A stretch of 64,000 nt of DNA, taken from NCBI RefSeq assembly GCF_006345805.1, contig NC_042997.1, positions 179,304,001 through 179,368,000 of the forward strand, read 5' to 3'. The stretch is from Octopus sinensis (taxonomy: Eukaryota). The notes under the pieces are model-generated. The model saw only the letters and a program-made list of their open reading frames with translations. It was not told where the DNA came from and did no database searches. Positions 1-12,410 of this stretch are shown piece after piece (position 1 is the stretch's first letter; each line of letters starts with the position of its first letter). The position numbers and the translations under genes were made by a program.

Positions 1-539
1 TGATTTACATCTTAGAGATGAGCATTCTGAAAATACTACTTTGCGGAGGTATTACATAACAAGCCAGAGTGTTGGAATATTTTTCGTGTATCATTTATTA
101 ACCATTACAGCTATTTCGCTTGCTAAAAGGAAACACAATGCTGTACCTGTTGGATAAACATGTAAGAAATTTACTAGTAGAATTTCTTCAGGCAGAGTAC
201 TAAGTAATATTATTTGATACTCTGCCTAATGAATTTCCAATAAGGAATTTCTTGTATGTTTAACTTACATGTACAACTTTGTAATTCCTCCTGGAAATGA
301 AGCATGTAATGGTGAATATATAATACTCAAACAATTTACAACTTTACGTTTCGTTTATATATATATATGTATGTATATTATAAGTAGGTGAATGAATTAT
401 CCTAGTATGGATAATTCGGTTAATCGATACCTGGGTAGCAAATTCACGTCTGAAAACACGGTTGAAGCTACATGCCAAGGGCAGAAACCCCGTGTTCTTG
501 TGTGGAAATTTGTGTGTTTTTTTTAAATATGAATAAATG

Positions 540-900
540 AAAGAATGGAGTCACACAAAGATTTTAACAACATTCCTTTACTCTCAACACATGTTTCGAA
601 GACTGCATACTCTCAATTCCAAAGGAATAAAGGGTGCATTATGCCGTCTTCTCATCAGGAAAGACAAGGAACTGCTATCAGCCTCAAGACGAACAAAACC
701 TTTTTGATGACTGCCTACATGGTGTCCACAGTGATAATGAGTGTTTTTTTTAAAAATCCGTTATAAGCAATGACGTCAAAATTGGTTGGAAGGAGGAAGT
801 TCTAAAAAAAGGGAAGGGGACAATATGTATGCTGTATGTATGGGCATGTGCGGGTGTTTGCTTTTGTTAATGAGTTTGAATGTTTACGTGTGTGTATGAG
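540..900 (-). mobile_element. Probable Penelope-like terminal repeat carrying the hammerhead
   Basis: Inferred from the minimal hammerhead; such ribozymes are established in Penelope-like termini. No coding remnant seen and boundaries are approximate. Confidence 0.35.
581..663 (-). ncRNA. Type I hammerhead ribozyme motif (minimal, extended stem II)
   Basis: Minus strand reads CTTTC-CTGATGA-GAAGAC...GTCTTC-GAA-ACATGTGT-T-GAGAG. It has a canonical CUGAUGA/GAAA core, 6-bp stem II, self-complementary stem III and 5-bp stem I (CUUUC/GAGAG). Activity untested. Confidence 0.7.
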
Positions 901-919
901 TGTGTGTATTTAACTGCAT

Positions 920-1128
920 TTGTGTCTGTGTGTGTGTGTGTGTGTGTGTCTGTCCCCCCCCCAAACATCGTTTGACAACCGATGCTGGCGTGTTTACGTT
1001 CCCGTAACATAGCGGTTCGGCAAAAGAGACTAATAGAATAAGTACTCGGCTTACAAAGAGTAAGTCCTAGGGTGGATTTCAGCATGGCCACAGTCAAATG
1101 ACTGAAACGCGTAAAAGAGTGAAAAAAG
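920..1128 (+). mobile_element. SINE family A, 3' half
   Basis: Matches the 3' part of the copy at 11987-12410 (catcgtttgacaaccgatg...gcggttcggcaaaagagac...cagcatggccacagtcaaatgactgaaac...aaaagag). Confidence 0.8.
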
Positions 1129-1141
1129 AGAGTATACATAC

Positions 1142-1345
1142 AAACATACATACATATATACATACGCATATACATACGCATATACATACGCATATACATA
1201 CGCATATACATACACATATACATACACATACACATATACATACACATATACATACGCATATACATACGCATATACATACGCATATACATACGCATATACA
1301 TACGCATATACATACGCATATACATACACATATACATACACATAT
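1142..1345 (+). repeat. 12-bp minisatellite (CATATACATACR)n
   Basis: About 16 tandem units ending in G or A; source of the MYMR and HTHI pseudo-ORFs. Confidence 0.9.
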
Positions 1346-1881
1346 ACATAGGCATACATGTATGCATATATATATATGTGTATGTGTGCGCGCGTCTGTG
1401 TGTGTATCTCATATATAATACATAGAAGTGTAACTATGTTACCGGGGTAAAAGGATGTATACTCACTTTACGTTTTTGAAAAATACACTGCCACGACAAC
1501 GAATACTAATGATACATCGAACATATGATACATGACAAATCGACAAAGCAACAAAATTAATTAAAAGTTTTTAAAAAGCAGTCAATAACGATGAAACAGC
1601 AATCAATAATATCTACCCATTACCACCTACCTCATGAGATAAACAAAGAAAAACAATGCTATAATTATTATAACAACATCTTCATCGATGTCAATCAGTG
1701 CTCTGAAGATGCCGGCTGTTAAATGTTCATTACAGAAATCTATATTGATGAATCTAATTGCTTGATGGTTTTAAAATACAAATTAGCGAGGTGTCTGCGA
1801 CAGGAGGGTGAGCTGTTGTTGCAACAAGATGGAAAATACCATTTGGAAACGCATGACGTCATCTCCGACAGCAACGGAGTA

Positions 1882-2070
1882 GAGGCGCAATGGCCCAGTG
1901 GTTAGGGCAGCGGACTCGCGGTCGTAAGAACGCGGTTTCGATTCCCACACCGGGCATTGTGAGTGTTTGTTGAGCAAAAACACCTAAGCTCCACGAGACT
2001 CCGGAGCGGGGTGGGGTGAACTCCGCTGTACTCTTTCACCACAACTTTCTCACTTTTTCTTCCTACTTCT
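1882..2070 (+). mobile_element. tRNA-derived SINE family B, 3'-truncated
   Basis: A box TGGCCCAGTGG, B-box-like GGTTTCGATTCCC; body matches 55706-56083. Confidence 0.85.
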
Positions 2071-2349
2071 CCCTCAAAGCAGAGGAACCATGGTGTAACC
2101 TACCATAGTGTGGTAAACTTTCAGACCCTAGTCTACATTGCGAATCCTCTGTACTCCAGGATGGTTCAGCTCTCTACCTGCTAAAAGACACCGTTTACGG
2201 AATAAGGATAACAACGTAACTTTCACGCCCGTGCAACCGCTAGTCTATCTCGTGTGGTGAGTGGACCTTGAAGTTGCCACACGCATTCTTTGTAGCTTAG
2301 AGTAGGCTCGAATTAGAGATTATTCTTTGTGGCTAATGACGTGAGTCTT

Positions 2350-2390
2350 GAGAGAAGAAGAAGAAGAAGAAGAAGAAGAAGAAGAAGAAG
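2350..2390 (+). repeat. (GAA)n microsatellite
   Basis: Direct reading. Confidence 0.95.
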
Positions 2391-3844
2391 ACAGCAACGG
2401 ACATACACCGCCACATATACATATGACCAACACCACAACAACCAGCGATGCCACCATCATTGACAACCATCACAATCACAAACTATTATCAGCAAAACAA
2501 CGACACGACCACAACGGCTACTACCATTATCCTCATCACCACTATTATGATCTTTGTCGCTGCCGCAATCGCCATAATCAACAGTCTCCCCCTACTAGTC
2601 CTTCGTAACAGGAAAATATTCTCCTCAAAGTACAAATTTCCCTGGCATACTGGCGTAGAGACAGAAAACATAAATGTATATATATATATATATATATGAA
2701 AATAGTAATGCAATACGAAAATATTGCTTCCCAGTAAAAGATAGCCCGTTAGGGTAAAATTATACATATGTATATTTTTACGCTATTTTCCAGTAAATTT
2801 CGGTACTTCGTTGTGCCATTTATTTACTTTTATATATGTATATATTACACACACACACACGATTAGAAATCAATAAGCTAAAAATATCACAAACCTAGGA
2901 CCCAAGAACAGAAACAAAACAAAAACGTAATTTATACTACCTTTACAACTACTATGACGACGACGGCGTTGACAACGTCAGCAATGGCAGAAGCATTGCC
3001 TACCAGCCCACTCACTCGCAGGTGTAGAGAAATTAGTTTCCTAGTTTTGGAAAAACCAAGAAGAATAGCTTTAAGGGTAATTTCCGGATATATTTGGAAC
3101 TAGATGCTACTCGGAAGCTAAACTAACACCAGCATAAAGCATTGATATTTTCCTACTTTTTCACTCAATAAGATTCAACGTATATATGCTATACAATACT
3201 TGCAAACTATTACAAGTTCGCGCCAAATATTAATCAATCGCATCGTTGTAAACCAGACTGGGATTACCTTCGAAACTGTTAAAAGTTGTTTGCCCCCGAC
3301 CTTGCCAAATACGAATGAGTTTCTAATAATAATATAGTTCACCAACTGCTATTGTGTTCTTTAAATTATTGATAAACGATGGCAGATACTGTGGCATGGC
3401 TATGGTTGTATGGCTAAATATGTGTACTGCAAACATACTCTGTTTCAGTTGGAGAAAACGATTTTTTTCACTTCAGTTCAGTAATGTTGATATTTCGTGG
3501 AAGTTAACTGTGTAGAATCTCGTCTTATGGTATGTGCCTATTCTTGGGTGGTGTAAGCAGTTCAGCGGTGCTTTTCTCGTATTTTTGTACATGTAGGAAA
3601 CCCCAGGATCATATTCTCTCACGTGTCCTTTAAGAATGTAACATATTATTCCACAGAAATTCTATTCATATTTCTAGATCACGATGAGGAAGTAATTTTT
3701 CTGAGTTCATGCCGATCTCTAAAAATGACACGACACTTTAGGTTAAGGGATTTCCCGGTGTTTGGTAAATATGTGGTAGATATGGTGCATTGATAAAATT
3801 GTAGATGCATACACCTGTGTGCATCTATCCACCTAAGACATTGC

Positions 3845-4660
3845 TCATAGAGAATCATTGGAATGCTTTACAAATCTTCACAATACCACTTAGAGATTGA
3901 ATTTGGAGATTGTATGTCAATTTCATTTGTTCTTTCTTTGAAAAACCGAATATTTTTAGGTTCTTGTATAAATTAGTTAGTACATAGCCGAAACAAAACA
4001 AAAACAACATTTTTACTACCTTTAGGTCATGCATAAACCGCGATCCTATGATGATTGGTACAAATCAAAATTTATAATCAGGGTATAAGGGCTGTTACTT
4101 CCGTATTTAATACACCATAAATATTCTCTTTTTCCTTAACCTTTGATTGTACATTCACATTCGCTGGGTAGTTGATCCCTACAACAGTGCATGGCTTTTG
4201 TTTTCCGTCCCACAAAATAATATCAGTTCTTTTTATGTTTGCATCGAATTGGTGTTTATTTATTGGAGGGTTTTACAAGTGTTACCTGTTTTCAAAGTTG
4301 TGACTACTCGCTGGTTCTGACATGCCTTTGATGTATGCGTCAGGGTAATCGTTCCCCCGAATAACATTGTAAAAAGTGTTTGCAAATAAATCATGCTTCG
4401 GGGCAGATATCTCGTAAACATTTTGGAGCAAACGCCGATGATGTGGAGGATACCTTCCACAGTGGTATGGCATAGACGAGATTTTCTATCACGACGTAAA
4501 GGTTTGATGGCATCTTTGTCTCATGTTTAATAGGTATTTAGTAGCTATTTTCTGCTACTGGGTGGCGGAAGCATGGCCTTCTAAGTGGGATGTAATATAT
4601 TTAACACAGGTCCAAAAGAAGCACCTCTTCGTACCAATATAGTTGATATCCTGAAAATTA
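3845..4660 (-). mobile_element. Decayed non-LTR retrotransposon 3' ORF with zinc knuckle and restriction-like endonuclease (R4/Dong-like group)
   Basis: Minus-strand frames give KYITSHLEGHASATQ*QKIATKYLL, SRLCHTTVEGILHIIGVC (CCHC with first C lost), KHDLFANTFY, RTDIILWD..CTVV..PANVNV..KVKEKENIYG, LYPDYKF*FVPIIIG and GYV..NL..FGFSKKE..LQIQSLSGIVKICKAF. Multiple stops and frameshifts. Confidence 0.8.
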
Positions 4661-5037
4661 TGGAATACGTAATCTATGTATAGGTGTGTATGTATGTATA
4701 TACATACACACAAACATGCATGTACACATACGCAACACACACTCATATATATGTGTGAGCAAGCATGTTTATTATACCTAAAATAATCCACATCAGCATA
4801 ATTTTCACTCCTGGCTGATAGTGACTGTCGACATAAATATTATAGCTATCAAATAAATTAGCGTAAGTGGAGTATATTTGCAAAAAGATATCAGGAAAAT
4901 AAAACAAGAAACTATTTGCTCTATAATCATATATAGTTTGCATAGAGACCTATTTATATTTCCAAGCTCTTTGAAATTTGATTCATGAACACACACAAAC
5001 ACACGCAAACACAAATATATATATATATATATATATT

Positions 5038-5062
5038 TAATTATACGCACAGACTTACACAC

Positions 5063-5121
<59 letters not shown>

Positions 5122-5182
5122 ATTATACGCACAGACTTACACACGAATATATATATATATATAAGAAGAACTGGTATCACGT

Positions 5183-5228
<46 letters not shown>

Positions 5229-5260
5229 ATTATACGCACAGACTTACACACGAATATATA
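5038..5260 (+). repeat. Three copies of a ~28-bp unit (ttatacgcacagacttacacacgaat) separated by (TA)n
   Basis: Copies near 5040, 5123 and 5230. Confidence 0.9.
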
Positions 5261-5764
5261 TATATATATATAATATATATATATATATAATATATATACG
5301 TGATAGCAGATCTTCGTGCCCAAAGATGAACAGGAACTGTAATAAGAGCATAAGTTAAAACGATTCTTGAACGACATCCGATCTCATGTGTAATCATATG
5401 TTATCCCTGTGGTCACAGCTGTGTTTTTCACACTTTAAAAAATAAATTATCGGTCAGCTCAAGGAACAATTTTAGATTTTGACTCTTTCTCCAGGTTTGT
5501 TTTGCTATTTACGAAAAAAATAAAACAACTTTTTATTAATTTACAGACATTAATGTTCAGTGTTGAAGTACGTCCTTCAGCCCCACATACATCTGGTCTT
5601 GTGTTTATGTTACAAATCAATGTTTCGTCATGACCATAATGACCGTTCGCATTTCAAATTCAACCATTTGCAAACATGGAAAATCAGATACTCTAATCAA
5701 TCCTCATCGGTTATACATCTCCCGTTTCCAAAATTCGAGTCCCGTTGAATGAAAGAAACCATTT

Positions 5765-5771
5765 ACTACTA

Positions 5772-5809
<38 letters not shown>

Positions 5810-6015
5810 ATAACTACTACTACTGCTGTGCCACTACTACTACTGCTGCTGCTGCTACTACTGCTGCTGCTGCTACTTCTACTACTACTGCTACTACTAC
5901 TACTACTGCTGCTGCTGCTACTACTACTGTTGCTGCTACCACTACTACTACCACTACTACCACTACCACTACCACTACCACTACTACTACTACTACTCCT
6001 GCTGCTGCTGCTATT
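5765..6015 (+). repeat. Compound (CTA)/(CTG)/(CCA) trinucleotide array
   Basis: Direct reading; explains the poly-S/T/L pseudo-ORFs. Confidence 0.95.
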
Positions 6016-6679
6016 GCTGCGGTTATAGTGAGGGTTCATGGCCTAGTGGTTTGGGTGTTACACTCACAATGTAACGATCGGATCGTGTTTTTCCTAGACC
6101 GGGTTGTGAGTTGTTTTCTTGAGTAAAACGCTTCATCTCACATTGGTTTGCGATCACTTCGACACATAACGTGAGGAACACCGTGCAACCTATTCAAAGA
6201 ACATAGATTTGATGAAGAGAGAGCACTAATGTGCAAATCGTTCGTCAGAACCCGAAAACACTAATAAGTAATTTTCGACCACCTTTTCTTTCTCCTCCTC
6301 CTCATAATCATCATCATCATCATCCTTGTGGTTGTTGTTGTTATTGTTATTCTTGCGTCATTTAATGCTAAAAAAATTACACGCATCAATTATGACTTTC
6401 ACCTACTTAATAACCTACATCTAGCGCAATGTATCTAATTCCAATATAGTTCATCACCCATACACACCCTTTCACACACACACATACACACTCCGTCTCT
6501 TCCTCTCTTTTTTTTTTATCATATTTACACTGACACACCTGCCAGCGGCATATGATTACAGACGTTAAACTTTACCCACGTTTATACACGCTTCACTTCT
6601 CACACTCACCACGCAGACATAACCAGTAATGTTGCAGTATAAAATGATGAAAGTACAAGGTTGTCATAACAAAGTATTT

Positions 6680-6722
<43 letters not shown>

Positions 6723-7065
6723 CAGTGTACATTAAAACACATTAAGAGGCTTCCATCATAGGAATCCTTTACGCTAGAAAGAACAGTTAAAGTCCAAACC
6801 ACTAATTAGGGATAAATTTTCGAAGGGAATGGGAAATAAAAAACATATACCACCTAACTCCTAGACCATGATTTCTGACTTATTTTAGTAAATAAAAATT
6901 ATTATTTACCTGGCTAAGTCATTATCAAGTCGTAGATGGCAAATGTTTTTATTTTTCATTCCCTTCGAGGATTTATCCCTAATTAGTGGTTTGAACTTTA
7001 ACTGTTCTTTCTAGAGTAAAGGATTCCTTTGATGGAAGCCTCTTAATGTGTTTTAATGTACACTG
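6723..7065. mobile_element. Palindromic MITE, Tc1/mariner-type ends
   Basis: ~125-bp terminal inverted repeats starting CAGTGTACATTAAAACACATTAAGAGGCTTCC, with TA on both sides; weaker symmetry continues to the centre. Confidence 0.85.
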
Positions 7066-7580
7066 TATTTTATATGACTAATGTATAGTCTATTGACTAA
7101 TATTTTTACGCTAGGCCACTGGTAGTAAAAATTTCTAAAATTTTTATTACCCTAATATTATTATGATATATATATATATCGTTCTTATGTTAATCTGTCA
7201 TGTGTCCAAATTTGGCCAATTGCGTTTTAGTCAATATTTAATTTTGTCTTTTTGCAATAGTCGCTTCTTCATATCTTCAGCTGCTTCAGATGAAAGCTAT
7301 CAAAGTGTGATACAACGGTTTTGCATCTTTCAAAATGTGAGAAGTCCCACATACGACAGGTTTGCAAAAATATTTCTGACTGAAAATATCCTACATGCAC
7401 GGAGTTAAGATTTTGTGCACCCAACAAATCATTATTGTTAATGTAAAAAGAAATGAAAATGGTTTGGTGGAAGTATTTTTTTCGTTTTCTGAAAAAGCAA
7501 CGTTTTGGACTTACGACACTTATGCATAATAGCAACGATATATATATATATGTCTATGTATATATGTTTAGATACACACA

Positions 7581-7657
<77 letters not shown>

Positions 7658-8364
7658 CATGTGGCTATTCTCAACTAAAATAGACGTGAAGGAAGATGTA
7701 ACAGTTACTAATAGCAGTAGCATCTGTGGTAGTAGTTGTAGTTTCCGCACTTTTGGCGATTTCTCTTAATATCGCACTGCATGCATAATTTCATCTCCTA
7801 AAGAGAGAAAGGACAGAAGGTGTTCTGCGTTGATGTAAAATAACACCGATCAGATATTCCCGTTTGAATCTGCTGCAGCGTATTTAGATTGAATAGATAC
7901 ATTATTGCTTGGAATACCGCTGTTCTGTGGGAACTCCATGAATTATTGTTTGTTAGATACAATATCGCGTTCTTATATGATTCATCGGTCAGGCAGTCGG
8001 ATAACTTCGAGTGAGGATACATACAACCCAGAAGAAACACCACGGTGTTTCACGCCTAAAGCGAGGAGCTTTTATCCGGTGGCGAACAATAGCAGCAATC
8101 ATATATGCGGGTTCAAATCCGTCATAACGTATTAAGAATGAATAGATACGTATTGAAATATCAATACTCGTTTCAAACTTTGGCACAATGCCAGCAATTT
8201 TAGAGGAAGTTAGTCGATTACATTGAGACTAGTACATGACTGTTAACATTATTTCATCGACGCGGTAATGTTTAAAGGTAAAATTGACCACGGCAGGATT
8301 TGAAATTAAGGCATAAAGAACAATCACTAAGAGACTTTTCCACGCACAAACGATTCAATGACGT

Positions 8365-8590
8365 CACCACTACCAAAACTACTACTACTACTATCCCCGC
8401 CACCACCACCACCACTACTTTCACCACCACCACCACTACTACCACCACCACCATTATCACCGCCACCACTATCACCACCACCACCACCACCACTACTACT
8501 ACTGTTGGTAATGATGATGATGATATGATGATGATGATGATGACGATGAAAATGAAGAAAATGATGATGATAACTATCATGATGATAGTG
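8365..8590 (+). repeat. (CCA/CTA)n then (GAT)n trinucleotide arrays
   Basis: Direct reading. Confidence 0.9.
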
Positions 8591-9225
8591 ATATCTTCAT
8601 AACTCGTGTGCAACATAACAAATATAAAACAGAGGATAAAGATGCAAGTATGATAAATCGGTATTCCCCCCACCGCAAAAAAAGTCTTCAGAAAAAAAAC
8701 AGAACAACGGAACCTCTCCCTATGATAAAGGTAACCATATCAAAACAAATGCAGACATAACCACAAGCCCAGAATTATACATACAAAACACGGAAATAGA
8801 ATTCGTAGATGCTGCACACATCCAAATTTGAGAGATGTGCGCTCGGTTGTGAAAGTAGTAGTAGTAGAAGAAGAAGTAATGGTGTCTGGAAAAACACACG
8901 GCAAGAAACGGAAGCGAAATTGAAAGAAAAACTCTTGATGTTTATGACGAAGACGACGACGACGAAGATGCTGCTGCTGCTGATGATGATGAGGATGATG
9001 ATGACGATGACGATGACGATAATGATAGTGAATGAATAGCAGTCTCATCAACTATCATTTCTTTATGCATGACCTAAAATTATTTAATTAGAAGTTGCAA
9101 ATCGTTTGCTTGACTCCTTCATGTTGTCTGGCAATTTACCTGCAACATTAAAATGTTATGTGAACCGGCAGAATGTAATACGTTTCCACTACTTCTACGT
9201 AGACACCAAACTCGAACAAGTGATC

Positions 9226-9578
9226 TCTGCACTCCGTCGGTTACGACGACGAAGGTTCCGGTTGATCCGAATCAACGGAACAGCCTGCTCGTGAAATTAA
9301 CGTGTAAGTGGCTGAACACTCCACAGACACGTGTACCCTTAACGAGAGTGACAAGGCCGGCCCTTTGAAATACAGGTACAACAGAAACAGGAAGTAAGAG
9401 TGAGAGAAAGTTGTGGTGAAAGAGTACAGCAGGGATCACCACCATCCCCTGCCGGAGCCTCGTGGAGCTTTAGGTGTTTTCGCTCAATAAACACTCACAA
9501 CGCCCGGTCTGGGAATCGAAACCGCGATCCTATGACCGCGAGTCCGCTGCCCTAACCACTGGGCCATTGCGCCTCCAC
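9226..9578 (-). mobile_element. SINE family B, full length, tail 1, with 13-bp TSD
   Basis: Reverse complement of the 55706 copy minus a ~30-nt internal segment. TSD CGAACAAGTGATC at 9213-9225 and 9579-9591. Confidence 0.92.
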
Positions 9579-11986
9579 CGAACAAGTGATCGGGAATACC
9601 GCGTAAGGAAAAACATTACGCAAACTGAGTAATTCAACATCTATGCCCAATATTTGGCAGAGACAAAACGAAAACTATAAGTGTGAAATGTGTGCAAATG
9701 ATACTGCGAAATGAATGTTTTGACAGTCAACAAATTCTAAAAGAGAAAAAAACATACTCATTAAGGTAGCAAAAAACTTAATCTGTAACATTTAAATATT
9801 TGCAGAACTAGTCTAACAATCGATTTTGTAGTCTTGTACTGGAACGCAACAAACCTTGACACTATAGACCGTAACACTAATAATCTTCTTAAAACAAGCA
9901 TCGTATATAACCCAATAAGTTTAACATCAAACGGCTGCGTTTTTCAAGAAGAGAAAGCGGTAAAGAACGTGTGATTATCTAGGAGCAGTTTAACAAAAAT
10001 CAATTATGAACGTTTTTTACTACCTTTCCGACTGATGAGAAAGCCTGTAACAATGTTTGACTATGATCTTGCTAAAAGTAGGAAATCGATTATCATTACA
10101 TCAGCAAAATTCTCCCAAGAAACTGGATAAGTTATCGAACAGCTAAAATCGAACATTACGGGAGAGGCATGACCAGACATACTAATGTTATATTTTACGA
10201 ACATGAGGAACAACGACGAAGGTTAATACCTTTTGAGGTCAATGTTTCTTAATTTAAAGTTATACATATAGATTTAAAATGGAACGACTTCTCGTCAGGA
10301 ATAACCAAGGCTAACCCAAATGAATAAAACGAACCAACATTTGCATGATTGCATTTGCTGAACCTTTTGCAATAAAGTATGCAATCACGTTAAATTCATA
10401 AAGTTATACCCGAATGCTCTTAAAACCGAAATTCATCTCCGTAAAATAATTTCAGATAGAACATATTACAAAGAAGGAAAAGAAAATTATTCATCAGGGC
10501 TGGATTTTGCTTGATCGCAAGAGTGTTATTTCAGAAAATACTTGAAGCTAAGCCACAATAACTGAGAGCCAAACACCATCATCTCTTTTCTGTGTGGAGA
10601 GTCATGTAGTATATAATTTTTATAATACGAATGACTAAATCACGTTTGTAATTTCTTCTCTGAAACAATATATTATACAGTACCTATACATGCAGTCATA
10701 CACACACACATAATTCTATGTATATATGTAATCACACAAAGTAAGGAAAACAAATATTGTATTGAATATATTCCGTTCATTACGAACGTTTCAGTAATAT
10801 ATTTCAAAATACCTGCTGTGCCGTTTATTGAACAACGGCTGTATACTTTCTCCAGAGGAAAGTTTCGTACTAATCATTCCACTAAGATGTAATACAGCTC
10901 ATGTGCGACAAACTGTAAGGCAATTATTTACAGTTCTTTATTGAAATGTGGACAGAGAATGGCATCAATTACATCTTGTCTTCTTTTCTTGTTTAGTTTT
11001 TCTGTAGTAATTTGTTGTGTATATATTACAGTTTGTATATTACAAATGGTGAGCTAATGTAGGTGGATATGTCATTATGCAACACACCTTTTGAGAAATA
11101 AAAAATGTGTAATATATATATTGGGCTTTGAATTTATTTGTTATATACGGAGCCTAGCATTGTAACATTGCTTAGATATATGCATATAAATACCATGCAT
11201 GAAGCTATTCGCATTTGCGTCACTTTCATATCACTTTCTGGCGAATAACAATAAGAAAGGGATTTCTCCTCATGTCGCCAGTTCTATTTCTCTTGCGTTC
11301 TATTTCTCTCGTCATATGTGTGTGTGTGTGTGAGTGTGTGCATATGTGTGTGTGTGAATGTGTGTATTATGTATGTATATAGCATTTAATGTCCTCTCAA
11401 CGTAGCAGAACTGGGGTAAGTTCTTTTGGCCGTCCAATTTCAAGACCTTAGAGGAAAAATTTCTTATACTCATTCAAACTTTTTCCTACCGTACCAGTTA
11501 TTAATGGTTATAGTATTTTTAACTGAAGCATATAAACCATCCACAAGAAAGCACATCAAAGGTGTAAAGGAAATGTTTTGACATCACTAACAATAGTGCA
11601 TATATATAAAAACCTATTATATATGCTATATGCCAGTAACATCATGTACGCTGAGTATCAAACATGCATAGAAACGTGTGTAGAAACGTTATCGAACTTG
11701 TTAGCTGTTATTCAACATTATCTTTTTTCATCCAGTAGACAAATGACATCTCTATGTATTACATTCCATGATTCAGATCAGAGAGAAAATTTCCTGTCTG
11801 TAGCAGTGTTTTTATAACGTTTCTCATTTCTTGAGTCTTTCTTCCGATTCTATTTGTTTTTCTTTCTGTCTTCTTTAAAATTTGCATTAAGTACGAAATA
11901 GAGATAATAGTTCTTCAATATGAAGTATAAGGTGAAAATTTAGACGAACTGTATTTATATGTAAATATAAATATGTAAATATTAAT

Positions 11987-12151
11987 AGGCTGTGTGGTAA
12001 GTAGCTTGTTTATGAACCACATAGTTCCGGGTTCAGTCCCACTGCGTGGCACATTGGGTTAGTGTCTTCTACTATAGCCTCGGGCCGACCAAAGCCTTGT
12101 AAGTGGATTTCATAGACGGAAACTGAAAGAAGCCCGTCGTATATATGTATG

Positions 12152-12182
<31 letters not shown>

Positions 12183-12410
12183 TTATCTTTGTGTTTGTGT
12201 TTGTCCCCCCAAAAACATCGCTTGACAATCGATGGTGGTGTGTTTACGTCTCCGTAACTTAGCGGTTCGGCAAGAGAGACCGATAGAATAAGTACTAGGT
12301 TTGCAAAGAATAAGTCCTGGGGTGGATTTGCTCCATAAAAGGCGGTGCTCCAGCATGGCCACAGTCAAACGATTAAACAGGTAAAAGAGTAAAAAGAGTA
12401 TAAAAGAGTA
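11987..12410 (+). mobile_element. tRNA-derived SINE family A, near full length, internal (TA/TG)n
   Basis: Head ggctgtgtggtaag...gggttcagtccc, CORE-like ttgggttagtgtctt segment, internal microsatellite, aaaagagt repeated tail. Confidence 0.85.

Noticed and set aside
545-766. 73-aa ORF with AISLKT resembling RTE ISLKKT
   Set aside because: No other RT motif. The region is better explained by the minus-strand hammerhead repeat.
867-1418. Long [12 protein letters not shown] ORFs here and throughout (e.g. 33428-34691, 45588-46265, 62310-63026)
   Set aside because: Translations of stop-free dinucleotide and minisatellite repeats; no protein signal.
1690-1770. CTGAAGATGCCGGC...GAAA hammerhead-like start
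   Set aside because: Stem II and stem I do not pair adequately; at best a decayed Penelope-like end.
1882-1955. tRNA-like sequence with A and B boxes (also 43903, 55706, 11987)
   Set aside because: Continues into multi-copy SINE bodies with no proper acceptor stem; SINE heads, not tRNA genes.
2080-2350. Higher-GC segment ending in (GAA)n, possible LINE 3' end
   Set aside because: No recognisable coding motif or second copy in the window.
5704-6126. Poly-Ser/Thr/Leu ORFs (also 8272-8673, 25212-25846)
   Set aside because: Trinucleotide arrays with no flanking coding context or splice support.
6200-6270. TTGATGA...CCCGAAAAC and minus-strand CTGACGA
   Set aside because: Stems cannot be formed; likely chance.
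7900-7945. LEYRCSVGTP resembling LINE LEYCSxVWSP
   Set aside because: Single weak motif, unsupported by neighbouring frames.
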